Shown here in pieces: positions 1 to 10,840 of a stretch of 64,000 nucleotides of DNA. The notes beneath the pieces were generated by a model, which worked only from the letters and a program-made list of their open reading frames with translations, searched no databases and had not been told where the DNA came from. The DNA lies in NCBI RefSeq assembly GCF_040938485.1, contig NW_027272364.1, positions 1-64,000 of the forward strand, written 5' to 3'. How positions within the stretch are numbered: position 1 is the stretch's first letter; the number at the start of each line of letters is the position of its first letter. The DNA comes from Diadema antillarum (lineage: Eukaryota). A program made the translations under genes and the position numbers.

Positions 1-1121
1 CATCGACGCCTCTGCATATGAAGGAGCTTTTGTTAAGTGAAAGATCTGCTGCACACTCTTTGATAAATTAGGGAAATATACGTCAATCTCAAAAGTGTAC
101 TTATCGAAAGGGATCCAGTATAGCGGAGCTTTTGCATGTTTATGATTGCAATTCTCCATTGCAATTTTCCATTAAGAAAGTTCGAGATTTGTCCTCATCT
201 CGGGAATTGCTTGGGGGATAAATGATTTGTCTGCCTAAACACAAATGCCCCTTTGCCCCCCCCCCCCTCCCCCCTCCTCCTCCCCCCCCCCCCCCCCCCG
301 ATGGATTCGACGCCCCTGATCTTCCCTGGGTATGGCCATAAATGTACTTAGTATTCTGACTGAGTCATCAGTCACTGTCGTTTCTCATGAATTATTCAGG
401 AAATGGAGGGGGTTATGACAATATAGTTTTTGTTATTGTTTGTTTGTTTTCGTACATATTTTGCAGATGGTCCCAAGTTACTCGCGTCATAGCATGTTTA
501 CATATAGGCCTATACTGACGTTGTCAACGTCTGAGCCATACCTTGTATGTCCATGATGTTACTTTCTTCGCGAGCGAGCGAAGCGAGCGAGCGCTTGAGA
601 AAATTATGTATACATTTTCCTACAAGATAGAATACTGTTCAGCTCTGTTACCTGCCTGAAGGCCGGCGTGCAAACGTCATGCAAAATGCCAAAATTGATA
701 CAATCACATTTCTGCTTCCTCCATTTTTTCCCCAAAAATTCGGGGGGGGGGGGATGATTGTACAGGCCATCCCCCTCCTCCATTTCAGGGGGATATATCC
801 CCCCATCCCCCCCCCCCCCCCGGATTTACGTCAATGGTATGCATGCATGTATATTACCCCATTTACTACTGCTGGCGGGTTTCAGAGCCTCCTCGAGGAG
901 GTTCGAAAGCCCACTCTGAAAAAGCAGCCTCTCGTCTGTTCATACTGCTTGCCCAAAGCAGACCCTAGCAGGCCCTAGCAGACTCACCGGGCTCTTTCCC
1001 TCTGATATATTATGGCGCGGACTTTTGAGTGAAAGTGTGCAAGTTGAAAGGCTTTCTTCAGCGGGGATTGGTCGAAACCGCTGGGTTGTTTATGAAACTT
1101 CCCCCTGTAGGTGATTTCAGA

Positions 1122-1663
1122 CAGTGGCGTACCGTGGGTCAAGACATGGGGGGGGGGGGGGCACCGAGCGCAACTACTGGCAATTACTGGCAGCATGGAC
1201 CTACAACTGTAGGTCCATGATGCGAGCGAGCGGAGCGATCGAGCTTGAAAATTTTAACATTTTACAGTCCCAAAACTGCTGTTTGTAGCCGTATTTTTTC
1301 GCTTTGGAATTTAAGGGGGGGGGGGGCACCGGGCGCAACTGCTGGCAATTACTGGCAGTAACATCAGGAGAATGGCATAACGAGTGGAGCGATCGAGCTT
1401 GAAAATTTTGACATTTTGCAGTCCATAAACTGCCGTTTGTAGCTATACTCTTTTCGCTTTGGATTTTTTTTTTTTTTTTTGGGGGGGGGGGGACGCCGGT
1501 GCGCCCCCCCCCCCCCCCCCTGGATTCGCCACTGGTAGTCAAGGGTGTCGGTTTATGTTCATGATTGGGGGAGGTATGACCAGCGAGGTGGCGTCGAAGT
1601 GACCAAGCGGGGGAAGGATGTCCAAAAACTGCACTTTAGAGCATCCCCCTATTGTGCGTGTTT

Positions 1664-1703
<40 letters not shown>

Positions 1704-2231
1704 TTTATACATCGAAAAGTTAGGAAATAGCTCAGGTCAAGTCTTTTTATTGGCAATGCAAGACATTTTATATAGACTAGTATGTAAAGCAACACTGCAA
1801 AATCAATGGTCTAGCTTTGATATAACGAAGTATATATAAGCTACAAAGGTGTACATTCTACATTGCGCAATATATTGCAGCGACTCTTTTTGCCGTTCGG
1901 ATGTTCTGAGTACACTGCGCACATCCTGCTTAAATTCAGAATGCCAACCAGAAATCACGCTGAATCACAATCTTTTGTCGGCTCCGGGCTTTTTGAACAA
2001 TGTTCGATACTATATACCTATACCTACCTATACATATATACCTCTTTAATTATGGTTAAAAGAAATCTTAGAAAAATATCTTATTTCTTGATTACCCTTT
2101 CATGTCGAATTCAAAAGCAGTTTACTAACCCTTGAATTACCATTTTGGTAAGTATTTTTTGTTTATTTTTATTTTTTTTTTAACCAGCGGATTGCCCCCC
2201 CCCCCCTCGTGCCCCTGTAGGTAAGCCACTG
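1122..2231. mobile_element. Non-autonomous hAT-like DNA transposon (MITE) with about 150-bp internal subterminal repeats
   Basis: Termini are CAGTGGCGTAC and GTAAGCCACTG. The 8-bp flanks ATTTCAGA (1114-1121) and GTTTCAGA (2232-2239) match 7/8, consistent with a hAT-type TSD. An inverted copy lies at 34181-35566. Confidence 0.75.
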
Positions 2232-2349
2232 GTTTCAGAACATGACCTGATCAAGATTCAAGATTCATGTCATTTATTATAATGCAATAAGGCAAAAAAA
2301 AAAATGCTCAACAGTCTCCATTTCAAAATTCCACATAAAGGAAAATAGA

Positions 2350-2410
<61 letters not shown>

Positions 2411-2699
2411 AGTTGCTCCGCGTATTGGCAGTACTAGAAATAGCAATGATAATGTCACAGTAGAGGAATGCGTTAAATGCCAATAGTCTTGATTTTAATT
2501 TTTTTCCCTCAGTATAAACGGGGTATGAGTCTGCATGTGAAGCTTCCAGCTTTGTCTTGATTTGCGGGTGACTTTCGACGGCCAAAGATTGCCTGAACTA
2601 TGATTGGTCTAGGCCCGGGATAGTCTGGGTTCTGTCCCCTTTTCCTTTATGTGATATTTTCAAACGAAGAGAGAAATTATCTGACTGTCTGACTGCGAT

Positions 2700-2853
2700 A
2701 ATCATGAGACAGCGCCCAAATCTCGCGTATCGCCGTTCTCGACGTATCGCAATCCTCGCCTGCCATGCCCTGTTAATGGCGTGTCGTGCACCTGGATTCT
2801 AGAATGTTCTGTGACGTCGACAGCCTTTACCAATACGCGTGTATTGCGTAAGT
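2700..2853 (+). promoter_or_regulatory. Putative promoter or non-coding first exon of the UBL-UBL gene
   Basis: CpG-richer patch with CCAAT near 2830 and a GTAAGT donor at 2848, upstream of the acceptor at 3163-3164. Inference only. Confidence 0.3.
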
Positions 2854-3164
2854 GGAGAATCCCAAATCCAGCGATTGCGACAGAATATCATGCTGATACA
2901 AAGTATATTAAGAGATTTCACTCCCCTTTAACCGCATTTGGTCACCAAACTGCCTTCTATCCCGTTCGCTCGAATTAATCGTTGTTCACAACATTTTAAT
3001 GCTATTGTACGACGGTTTCAATATACAGTAAAACAAAATTCGATGTTTTGTGCTACTATCAAATGCTGATGTGGAACAACTACTAAGTATCCGGCAACTG
3101 CAATTGATATATCCTCACTGGACAGCACTAAAAATAAGCAGCATTTTACCCCTCTGATTCACAG

Positions 3165-3369
3165 ATGGATGAAACCACCGCTAAAGGGTGTTGTGGTGAT
3201 TCTGATAGTGGCATCGGAGAGAGCGTCGCTCCATCGCTATCGTCATCGTCATCGTCATCGTCATCACATGCCCACGGAACGGGATATTATAATGGCTCCA
3301 GATCCTCGACATCGGGTGTCTCTTCCCATCACTACAACTCGACGTTGACATCTGGCACCGGCCATCAAG
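3165..3369 (+). CDS. Gene A first coding exon: MDETTAKGCCGDSDSGIGES plus Ser/Gly/His-rich repeat 1
   Basis: Pyrimidine-rich acceptor CTCTGATTCACAG directly before the ATG. Open frame ends at donor CAAG|GTAAGG in phase 1. The 3' half is homologous to the next two exons. Confidence 0.7.
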
Positions 3370-4224
3370 GTAAGGGGACCTCAACTCCTACGATAGTACA
3401 CAAAAAGAAGGATTGAGGAACCATCCATGGATCGCTTGGTCGTAAGCTATGACGAACAAGTGCTTAAACAGTGCATCAAATACTTCGATACCTAAGCAAT
3501 TAAGTTTGAAAATACGAAAAGAAGGAAAAATATGTCCGTATTCTTCTAAATAGAAAGTGAAACTTATAGTTACGTTTGATCGCAAAGTGTTTTGGACCGA
3601 TTCACACTGAATGTATCAGATTTTAATAGGATAAGCTTTATAATGGATGAATATAGGGAATATAGATGAAGACTATTTCAGTTGCTTGTAGAATAAAAAC
3701 AGCATGCATTAATCGTCTAAAATCAAGTTGGTTTTTATTTTTCCAGTGTATTCTTGTCGGCAATGTGTAAACTTAACCATAAATTATCAAACAGAACTCC
3801 AGATCATATACCATGCTGTTCATGCCAAACAGTTTATAATTTACAGAGGACAGAAATTTTCAGGCACACTTTCCTCCTTTTTTTATCGAAAAAGATCAAG
3901 AATTAAGATGGAGTTGATTTCAGTTGTTTGTAGAATAAAACATCATACATTAGTAGAGAAAAAAAAAAACAAGAAGAGAAGAAAAATGCAAGAAAAGAAA
4001 CGAAGGCAGGATACCCGAAAATTTCTGTGCTCTGTGAATAAACTGTTGGTATTGACAGCATGATACATTTCTTGAATTCAGTTCTCCTATTATAGATGAT
4101 ATGATTTTACCAACACGCGGATACTACTACTAGTATATGATATAGTTTTATAAATACGTGTATGGATGTTTTATAGCGGCAGGCCTGTAAGGATATTACG
4201 GATTCCTCTCCTGGTCTCATATAG

Positions 4225-4443
4225 GGAATTATAGACGGACTGGTAATGTACCAAATGGCTGTTTCGGAAGTCGATACTGGGAATCCCAATTTGCAGCAAA
4301 CCAGACAGTTGGCATCGGTCCATCTGCATCGTCATCGTTATCACATGACCACAGAACGGGACGACATAATGAAGCCAGATCTTCGACATCGGGGGTCTCC
4401 TCTTATGCTTCGAATTCGACGTTTACACCTGGCAAAGGCCAAG
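4225..4443 (+). CDS. Gene A exon: Ser-rich repeat 2 (GNYRRTGNVPNGCFGSRYWESQF...TPGKGQG)
   Basis: Acceptor TCTCATATAG, donor CAAG|GTAAGT. 219 nt, phase 1-1, no stop in the spliced frame. Confidence 0.7.
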
Positions 4444-4838
4444 GTAAGTCTTACTGAATGGAGAGCACTCGACTGAAACTCTTCCCTTTCTATAGGCTCT
4501 TGAACGATCCTTACATGGACTACGACTAGGACCCTACACATGATGATATCGCAAACCTTTCTCCCTCACGAAAGGGGTTGACTTCTAAACCGTTACTTGG
4601 TGGTATAAGCTCTGACGGATACGCGTTCATTGGTTCTTTTAACTGTTTGAGTATTGCATTGAAATTAATCCCTAGACAGTAATGGAATACGTATCTTGAT
4701 GCACGTTTACAAAATTGGAAACATCGAATGGTTTCAACTCTAAAAATCACGCGAAAGAGAGAAATACATGTATATTGTATTTGACCTCTTTTGCGAGGGA
4801 GCACAAGATACCGAAAAGAGGATCATTATGCAATGCAG

Positions 4839-5912
4839 CGTGTCACACCTTTCCGGGCAAGCTACGCGGGCTTGTGGCGAGGAGGTAGTTTCCAGCACGT
4901 AGATTTTCCGCGGGCGAAGAAGAATGTTTGCCATGTTCGCACTTGTTTCTTACCTACTAGACGCGTGCTACTTAGCTTCTACTTGCGTGCGTTCCGTGTG
5001 ACCTGCGTGAGAGCTTTGAAATCGATCCGTTTTCTGTTACGAGCGACTTATGGGTACTGAGAAGTACCTGCGTTGGAGTTGCCTGCGAGGTGCTGCCGGT
5101 AAGAGTCTCCTACTGGTGTTCTGCGTACACCTCTGCGAGCTAACCCCCACGAGTCACTCGGAACAAGTTTTGATTATGCTCAAGGCCTTGTCATACTGTA
5201 TCTGGGGAAGTTTTGCCGCTTGACTTGCGGGCAAACAAATTTGCTACCCGGAGCTCTCCCCAGTTGGTCCGCTCCTGACAGTACCTAGTGCGTATCTCGC
5301 CTGTAGTTGCCCGGAGGCGCTCACGCAAGTCCGATTTAACCGCAGAATTTTAAGCATGACCAAAACCTTTTCCGGGTAAGTCGCGGGGGTGCCCGGAGAG
5401 GTCCACGCAGAGCGCCAGCAGGAGGCCCTTAGCGGCAGCGCTTCGCAGGCAACTCCCACGCAGGTACTTCGCAGCCCCCGTATGCAGCCAAGATAATGAC
5501 ATTCCGTGGGACTTTTGCCATTCCTTCAGAGGAATTCCTTCACTGAGTTGTCAGCCCCCACGCGACTGGTACAAAGGTCACACAGTATACCCGCAAGTAG
5601 AATTTAAGAAGAACGCGTCCAGCAAGTAACACACATGCACTGACTCGCCCAAATCCTTGTTCGCCCTCAGAAATTGTCCGGTATGCTGGAAAATCCCTTC
5701 ACGCAACAAGCCTGCGTAGCTTGCCTGGAAAGGTGTGACGGGGCCTAAACATGGTTGCGGGTAAAAATATTTGCGTGCACACCTCCGGATGACTACGGGT
5801 GAGATACGTGCTTGGTACTGTCATGTGCGGCTCATTCTGGGGACCTCCGGGTAGTAAAAACTGTTCTTTGCAAGTCGAACGCAAGGCTTGCCCGGAAAGG
5901 TGTGACACGGCC
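4839..5912. mobile_element. PIF/Harbinger-like non-autonomous element
   Basis: Left TIR CGTGTCACACCTTTCCGGGCAAGC. Two right TIR copies end GGGGCC|TAA (5745) and CACGGCC|TTA (5912). GGCC termini next to TWA fit Harbinger, but the left end is degenerate. Confidence 0.6.
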
Positions 5913-6320
5913 TTAAGGCCCAACAGTTTATAATTTACAGTGGACAGAAATTTTCAGGCACCCTATTAGTACCCCTTTTTCTATCGGAAACGATTAAGAT
6001 TAAGACGAAATTTATTTCAGTTGTTTGTAGAATAAAACATCAAACATTAGTAGAGCAAAATAAAAAAGAAGAAGAAGAAATAAATGCAAGAAAGAAACAA
6101 AGGCAGGATACCCGAAAATTCCGTGTTCTGTAAATAAACTGTTGGTATTGACAGCATGATACATTTCTTGAATTCTGTTCTCCTATTATAGATGATATAA
6201 TTTTACCAACACGCGGATACTACTACTAGTATATGATATAGTTTTATAAATACGTGTATGGATGTTTTATAGCGGCAGACCTGTAAGGATATTACGGATT
6301 CCTCTCCTGGTCTCATATAG

Positions 6321-6539
6321 GGAATTATAGACGGACTGGTAATGTGCCAAATGGCTGTTTCGGAAGTCGATATTGGGAATCCCAATTTGCAGCAAATCAG
6401 ACAGTTGGCATCTGTTCATCTGCATCGTCATCGTTATCACATGACCACAGAACGGGACGACATAATGAAGCCAGATCTTCGACATCGGGGGTCTTCTCTT
6501 ATGCTTCGAATTCGACGTTTACACCTGGCAAAGGCCAAG
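6321..6539 (+). CDS. Gene A exon: Ser-rich repeat 3 (duplicate of 4225-4443)
   Basis: Same splice sites, 219 nt, open frame, a few substitutions. It overlaps tracked ORF 6344-6553. Confidence 0.65.
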
Positions 6540-7418
6540 GTAAGTCTGACTGAAACTCATCTCCTTCTTAACTAATAAATAAAGAAATGTGTTGCATGAA
6601 CGATTGCATGGTGAAGTGAAAGAGGGAGAAATGTTTACTATAACACTATGTTCACGTAGTCCTCACAGGGATCATTGCTGGGCAAGAGAAGAGTCTAGAA
6701 AGGGGAGAGTTGAGGAGGGAAGCGACATAGGGAGAGTGTATTAAAGGAAGGCAAATAGTGACAAGTGTATGGGGAGCACTCAACTCTCCCCTTTCTAGGC
6801 TCTTGAACGATCCTTACATGCATGGACTACGACTGAGTGGCCTTCACATGGTGCTCCCGCAAACCTTTCTCCCGCATGAAAGGAGTGACTTCTAAACCGT
6901 TACTTGGTGGTATAAGCTCTTACGGATACGCGCTCATTGGTTCTTTTAACTGTTTGAGTATTGCATTGAAATCACTCCCTAGACAATAATGGAATACGTA
7001 TCTTGATGCACGTTTACAAAATTGGAAACATCAAATGGTTTCAACTCTAAAAATCACGCGAAAGAGAGAACTACGTGTATATTATATTTGACCTCTTTTG
7101 CAAGGTAGCACAAGATAACGAAAAGAGGATCATTTGCAGCAAGTTTCTTGCTTACTTGGAGAGCGATCGAACAACTGTTTCAGCACTTTTAAACTCAGGT
7201 GGCAGCGAGTTTGATATTTCACATTCTAGATTTGATATTCGATATTCGGATATTTACGCAAAGCGCATAGTCTGTGTACCAAAAACAATTTAAAGCAACA
7301 CTGTATAGATTTGCTTTTTCTGATTATAGTATATTAAATGTATACTGCTTTAGCTTTGTTCTGTCATGATCAAACGGTTGTGATGAGCTCAGTTTCTCTC
7401 TTTTTCTCTTACCGACAG

Positions 7419-7727
7419 GAGCCTGCTCAGTTCCACTACCAGATTTACCAGGCATCAGCATGATTAACGTTTTCTTGAATGATGGGACGACTGACCACAA
7501 GATTTCCATTGACCGGGAAAGGACGGTACGCGAATTGCGAACCTGTGTACAGGAGAGAACCAGTGTTCGTCCAAATGAACAGCACCTGAGTGTCGACGTC
7601 ATTGAAGGGCCCAATCGTGTTCGCACACGAGTCCTGGAAGCGTGTGACGACACTAGCTCTCTGCAGGACTGTAGGATCGTACACCGCTCACGGATCAACA
7701 TGAGAGTAGCTAACAGCGGGACCGCTG
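7419..7727 (+). CDS. Gene A exon: divergent ubiquitin-like (beta-grasp) domain 1
   Basis: Strong acceptor TTTCTCTCTTTTTCTCTTACCGACAG and donor G|GTATGT. 309 nt, phase 1-1. INVFLNDG..HKISID...TVRELR..VQERT.V.P.EQHL and SLQDC.I follow the ubiquitin pattern. Confidence 0.75.
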
Positions 7728-8041
7728 GTATGTTATGTTGTGCTATAAACAAAAACAAAAACAAAAACAACCCCCACCAAAAAGCAAACAAACAAACAAA
7801 CAAACAAACATACCAGTGCCTAGAAAATGTTCCATGTTTTTAATCCCCCCCCAAAAAAAAAACAAACAAACAAACAAACAAACAAACAAACAAAAAAACC
7901 GGCGAGGAAAGTATTTTTATAGCGAAGAACGTTTAGAGTTGCAAATTCCAAGTCCTATTGCAACTGGACTTCTGGTGTGTATTTATCCATATCATGACAA
8001 ACCCGCAAGTGGTAAGTGTACATGGATGCAAGGGTATATGA

Positions 8042-8175
8042 NNNNNNNNNNNNNNNNNNNNNNNNNNNNNNNNNNNNNNNNNNNNNNNNNNNNNNNNNNN
8101 NNNNNNNNNNNNNNNNNNNNNNNNNNNNNNNNNNNNNNNNNNNNNNNNNNNNNNNNNNNNNNNNNNNNNNNNNNN
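8042..8175. other. Assembly gap (N run)
   Basis: Run of N. Confidence 1.
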
Positions 8176-8456
8176 TTTCAACTCTTGCGCTTTTCCGAAA
8201 AGGAGGAAAGAGGAATTATGATGTGAAAGTTACACACCGATTTCTCCTTCCTTTTTCATATCTCACATATGCAAAATTATTCAGGAGAACCCAAAAAGCT
8301 GTTGTAGCGGTGACTTCTTACGCAAAATATTATCCCAATTCATTCACCGGTACGTGAATCTTAGAAGATCCAGCTGAGGCACGCAGCTGGTAGTTATTCA
8401 TAACTCTCTGCTCCCACCCCCCCCCCCCAAAAAAAAAGGAATATGCGCATAATGAC

Positions 8457-8760
8457 GTCTCCGTGGCTGAGCGGTTAAGGCGTTGGGGTTCCATGCCAAA
8501 GACCATGGTTCGATTCCCGATGGAGACCAAGTTTTCAACTCTTGCGCTTTCCGAATGGAGGACCAGTAACAGGAATAATGATGTGAAAGTTACGCACCGA
8601 TTTCTCCTTTCTTTCTCATATCTCACATTATACACATGGTGATTCTATCCCACAATGGAGAGTGCTCGATGTCCTCATGGTATAGAGCTTTTGACAGCAG
8701 AAGTAATGAAACAAGTTCATTGACTGCAGGTTCATCAGTATTTATTGCAACTCTGAGTTT
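8457..8760 (+). mobile_element. tRNA-derived SINE or tRNA pseudogene head (8457-8528) plus body
   Basis: 7-bp acceptor stem GTCTCCG/TGGAGAC, A box TGGCTGAGCGG, B box GGTTCGATTCC. The T stem and anticodon stem are imperfect. The body is repeated at 8176-8270. Confidence 0.55.
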
Positions 8761-8761
8761 C

Positions 8762-8923
8762 NNNNNNNNNNNNNNNNNNNNNNNNNNNNNNNNNNNNNNN
8801 NNNNNNNNNNNNNNNNNNNNNNNNNNNNNNNNNNNNNNNNNNNNNNNNNNNNNNNNNNNNNNNNNNNNNNNNNNNNNNNNNNNNNNNNNNNNNNNNNNNN
8901 NNNNNNNNNNNNNNNNNNNNNNN
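8762..8923. other. Assembly gap (N run)
   Basis: Run of N. Confidence 1.
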
Positions 8924-9076
8924 TTCTGTAAAGTGGGGGGGGGGGGAGGGCGTGACTAATATTTCTGGTGCCACTTCCGGGTTTCATTTCATTTTTTCTT
9001 TTTTTTTCTTTTGTTTTTGTTTTGAACTTAAAATAAAGGGAGGCGTGCGCCGGTTGCGCCCCCTCTGGATAAGCCA

Positions 9077-9115
<39 letters not shown>

Positions 9116-9855
9116 CTGTAAGTGTCCAAAGCCGTAAAAAAGACGGGTGACACGTTGAAAATTTGTTGGACAATATATTTGATAATGAATTACTATCTTT
9201 TCTTTCATCTTATATATATATATATATATGATATATTTATATATTCATTCATTTATTCATAATGTAAATGTATATATATATATTTATATGCACCTGTATT
9301 ATATTAATTATCACAATCACGTTCTGTTTTCAAGAAATGCTGTACTCTTCAACATTTTAGAGTCGATCGATTTGTTTTGAGAATAATTACATTTTGCTGT
9401 TTTGGCACATTTTAACGTGCATCTAAATCTCAGGTGCTCATTTGAAAAGTCCGTCATTGAAGGAATGATTATTGTTCTATAGTGTACCCTACTGTACTAA
9501 GTATATCCTACTCTAATGCTGCCCGCAAAAATATAAGTTCTGCCCAACTCTATAGCCTCCTTCGCCGTAGTTTTCTTGGCTGTAACGTGCACAAGCAACC
9601 GCTCATAGTGACAGTCCTGCATAATTTCTTGGTTGATTATTTGTAAATTTGGCAATACAAAAATAACAATACAAATCTTATTCATGAAATTAATGTACAC
9701 ATTTACTTTCTTTCTTCGAACGATTTACATTGTAATTCGTGTATCGATGTTTTCTGTGACATTACTGAAAAGAAATTTGATTTATGTATGAAATGATGTT
9801 GAAGGAAGTAAAATGAAACAAAATACTGAAGGGGTGATCTCATATCTTTTCTAAG

Positions 9856-10157
9856 GAACCTTGGGAAACACCTCAGGCAGAGCAAATGGGCGCCCAAAGA
9901 CCGCAGAGCTGGTACGGAACACGTTCCAGGTGTTCGTACAAACACCTGGAGGGAAGATCATTACCATTGACACGTGTAGTGAGGACACAATCGGTGTGCT
10001 CAAGAGAAAGATTCAAGCGAAAACCTGTGACGCGCCCAGACAGCAGACCTTGACACACGCCGGAAAACCACTGGCCAAGGACTCGGCAACTCTGCAACAC
10101 AACAAAATTGGAAAGCAGTCCTTCATAGCCATGAATATCCGCCTCGTATCAGGTTGA
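9856..10157 (+). CDS. Gene A terminal exon: ubiquitin-like domain 2 ending RLVSG-stop
   Basis: Acceptor TCTTTTCTAAG in phase 1. FQVFVQTPGGKIITIDTCSEDTI..LKRKIQAKT..P.QQ.LT.AGK is ubiquitin-like and paralogous to the UBL exons at 28015, 41242 and 52515. Confidence 0.85.
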
Positions 10158-10629
10158 ACCTCTGAACGTACTTGCGAATAGCTCATAGTTATGTAGACTT
10201 AGGATGCATGCACCTCTAAACTTTCTTACGAAAAGCTCACATTATCATAGACATTCTTTTTGCCAAACTTTGAACGCTATCAACCGAAGCATATATTTGT
10301 ATATAGGGCTCCAATCAGCTCGTCAGAGTTGGTCACGTCTGCCACGTTCAGGAGAACGGTGTGTTTTCTGTCACGGTGACGAGATCCGCCCAATCTGCAC
10401 AATAATCGTCACACGAATTCAAGTCAAATCGCTAGATAATAATAATAACGATCATAATAATACTAATGATTTTAGTTGCTCAACATGTAAAGGTTAATAC
10501 ATATATATGCATGTTCAAACATGAAAGCAGAGAAGAACAATAATGGCAAACAACAAACACATAACCGATAAAGAATACATTTGTTCCAAACATTATAGAC
10601 TGCAATTATAGTACTCAGTGTGAGAGGAA

Positions 10630-10840
10630 CAGAACGTTTTAAGTTTGGATTTGGATGTTTCTGTAGATGACAGTTGCCTTAACTGAATGATTCCACAATT
10701 TTGGTCCCATAACGGACAAAGCACGATACCCTATCCATGTTTTACGCTGGGTGTTTTGAGTAACAATGCATCTGATAATGAACGTTAACTTCATGTCGAA
10801 TTGTACTTGGAAATAGAGTCACAGGTCTACGAGGGAAAAA
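10630..10840 (-). mobile_element. L2/CR1-type LINE 3' remnant
   Basis: The minus strand of 10690-10731 encodes GYRALSVMGPKLWN, resembling the L2 ORF2 C-terminal G.RAFS..AP.LWN motif. Confidence 0.5.

Larger units (their letters stand above)
3826..7134 (+). repeat. Tandem duplication of an intron-exon-intron block (about 3826-4828 and 5920-7134)
   Basis: Two near-identical copies, each containing the same 219-nt exon, separated by a TIR element. Confidence 0.9.

Noticed and set aside
1050-1085. Hammerhead ribozyme (CTGAAGA and GAAAC elements)
   Set aside because: The two core elements lie on opposite strands, so a hammerhead core cannot form.
7728-8226. Lys/Asn/Gln-rich ORF extensions after the first UBL
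   Set aside because: They are translations of the intronic (AAAC)n microsatellite and an N gap, beyond the donor at 7728.
8457-8528. Functional tRNA-Gly(TCC)
   Set aside because: The T stem is largely unpaired, the anticodon stem has a mismatch and position 32 is G. It is followed by a repeated body, so a SINE head or pseudogene is more likely.
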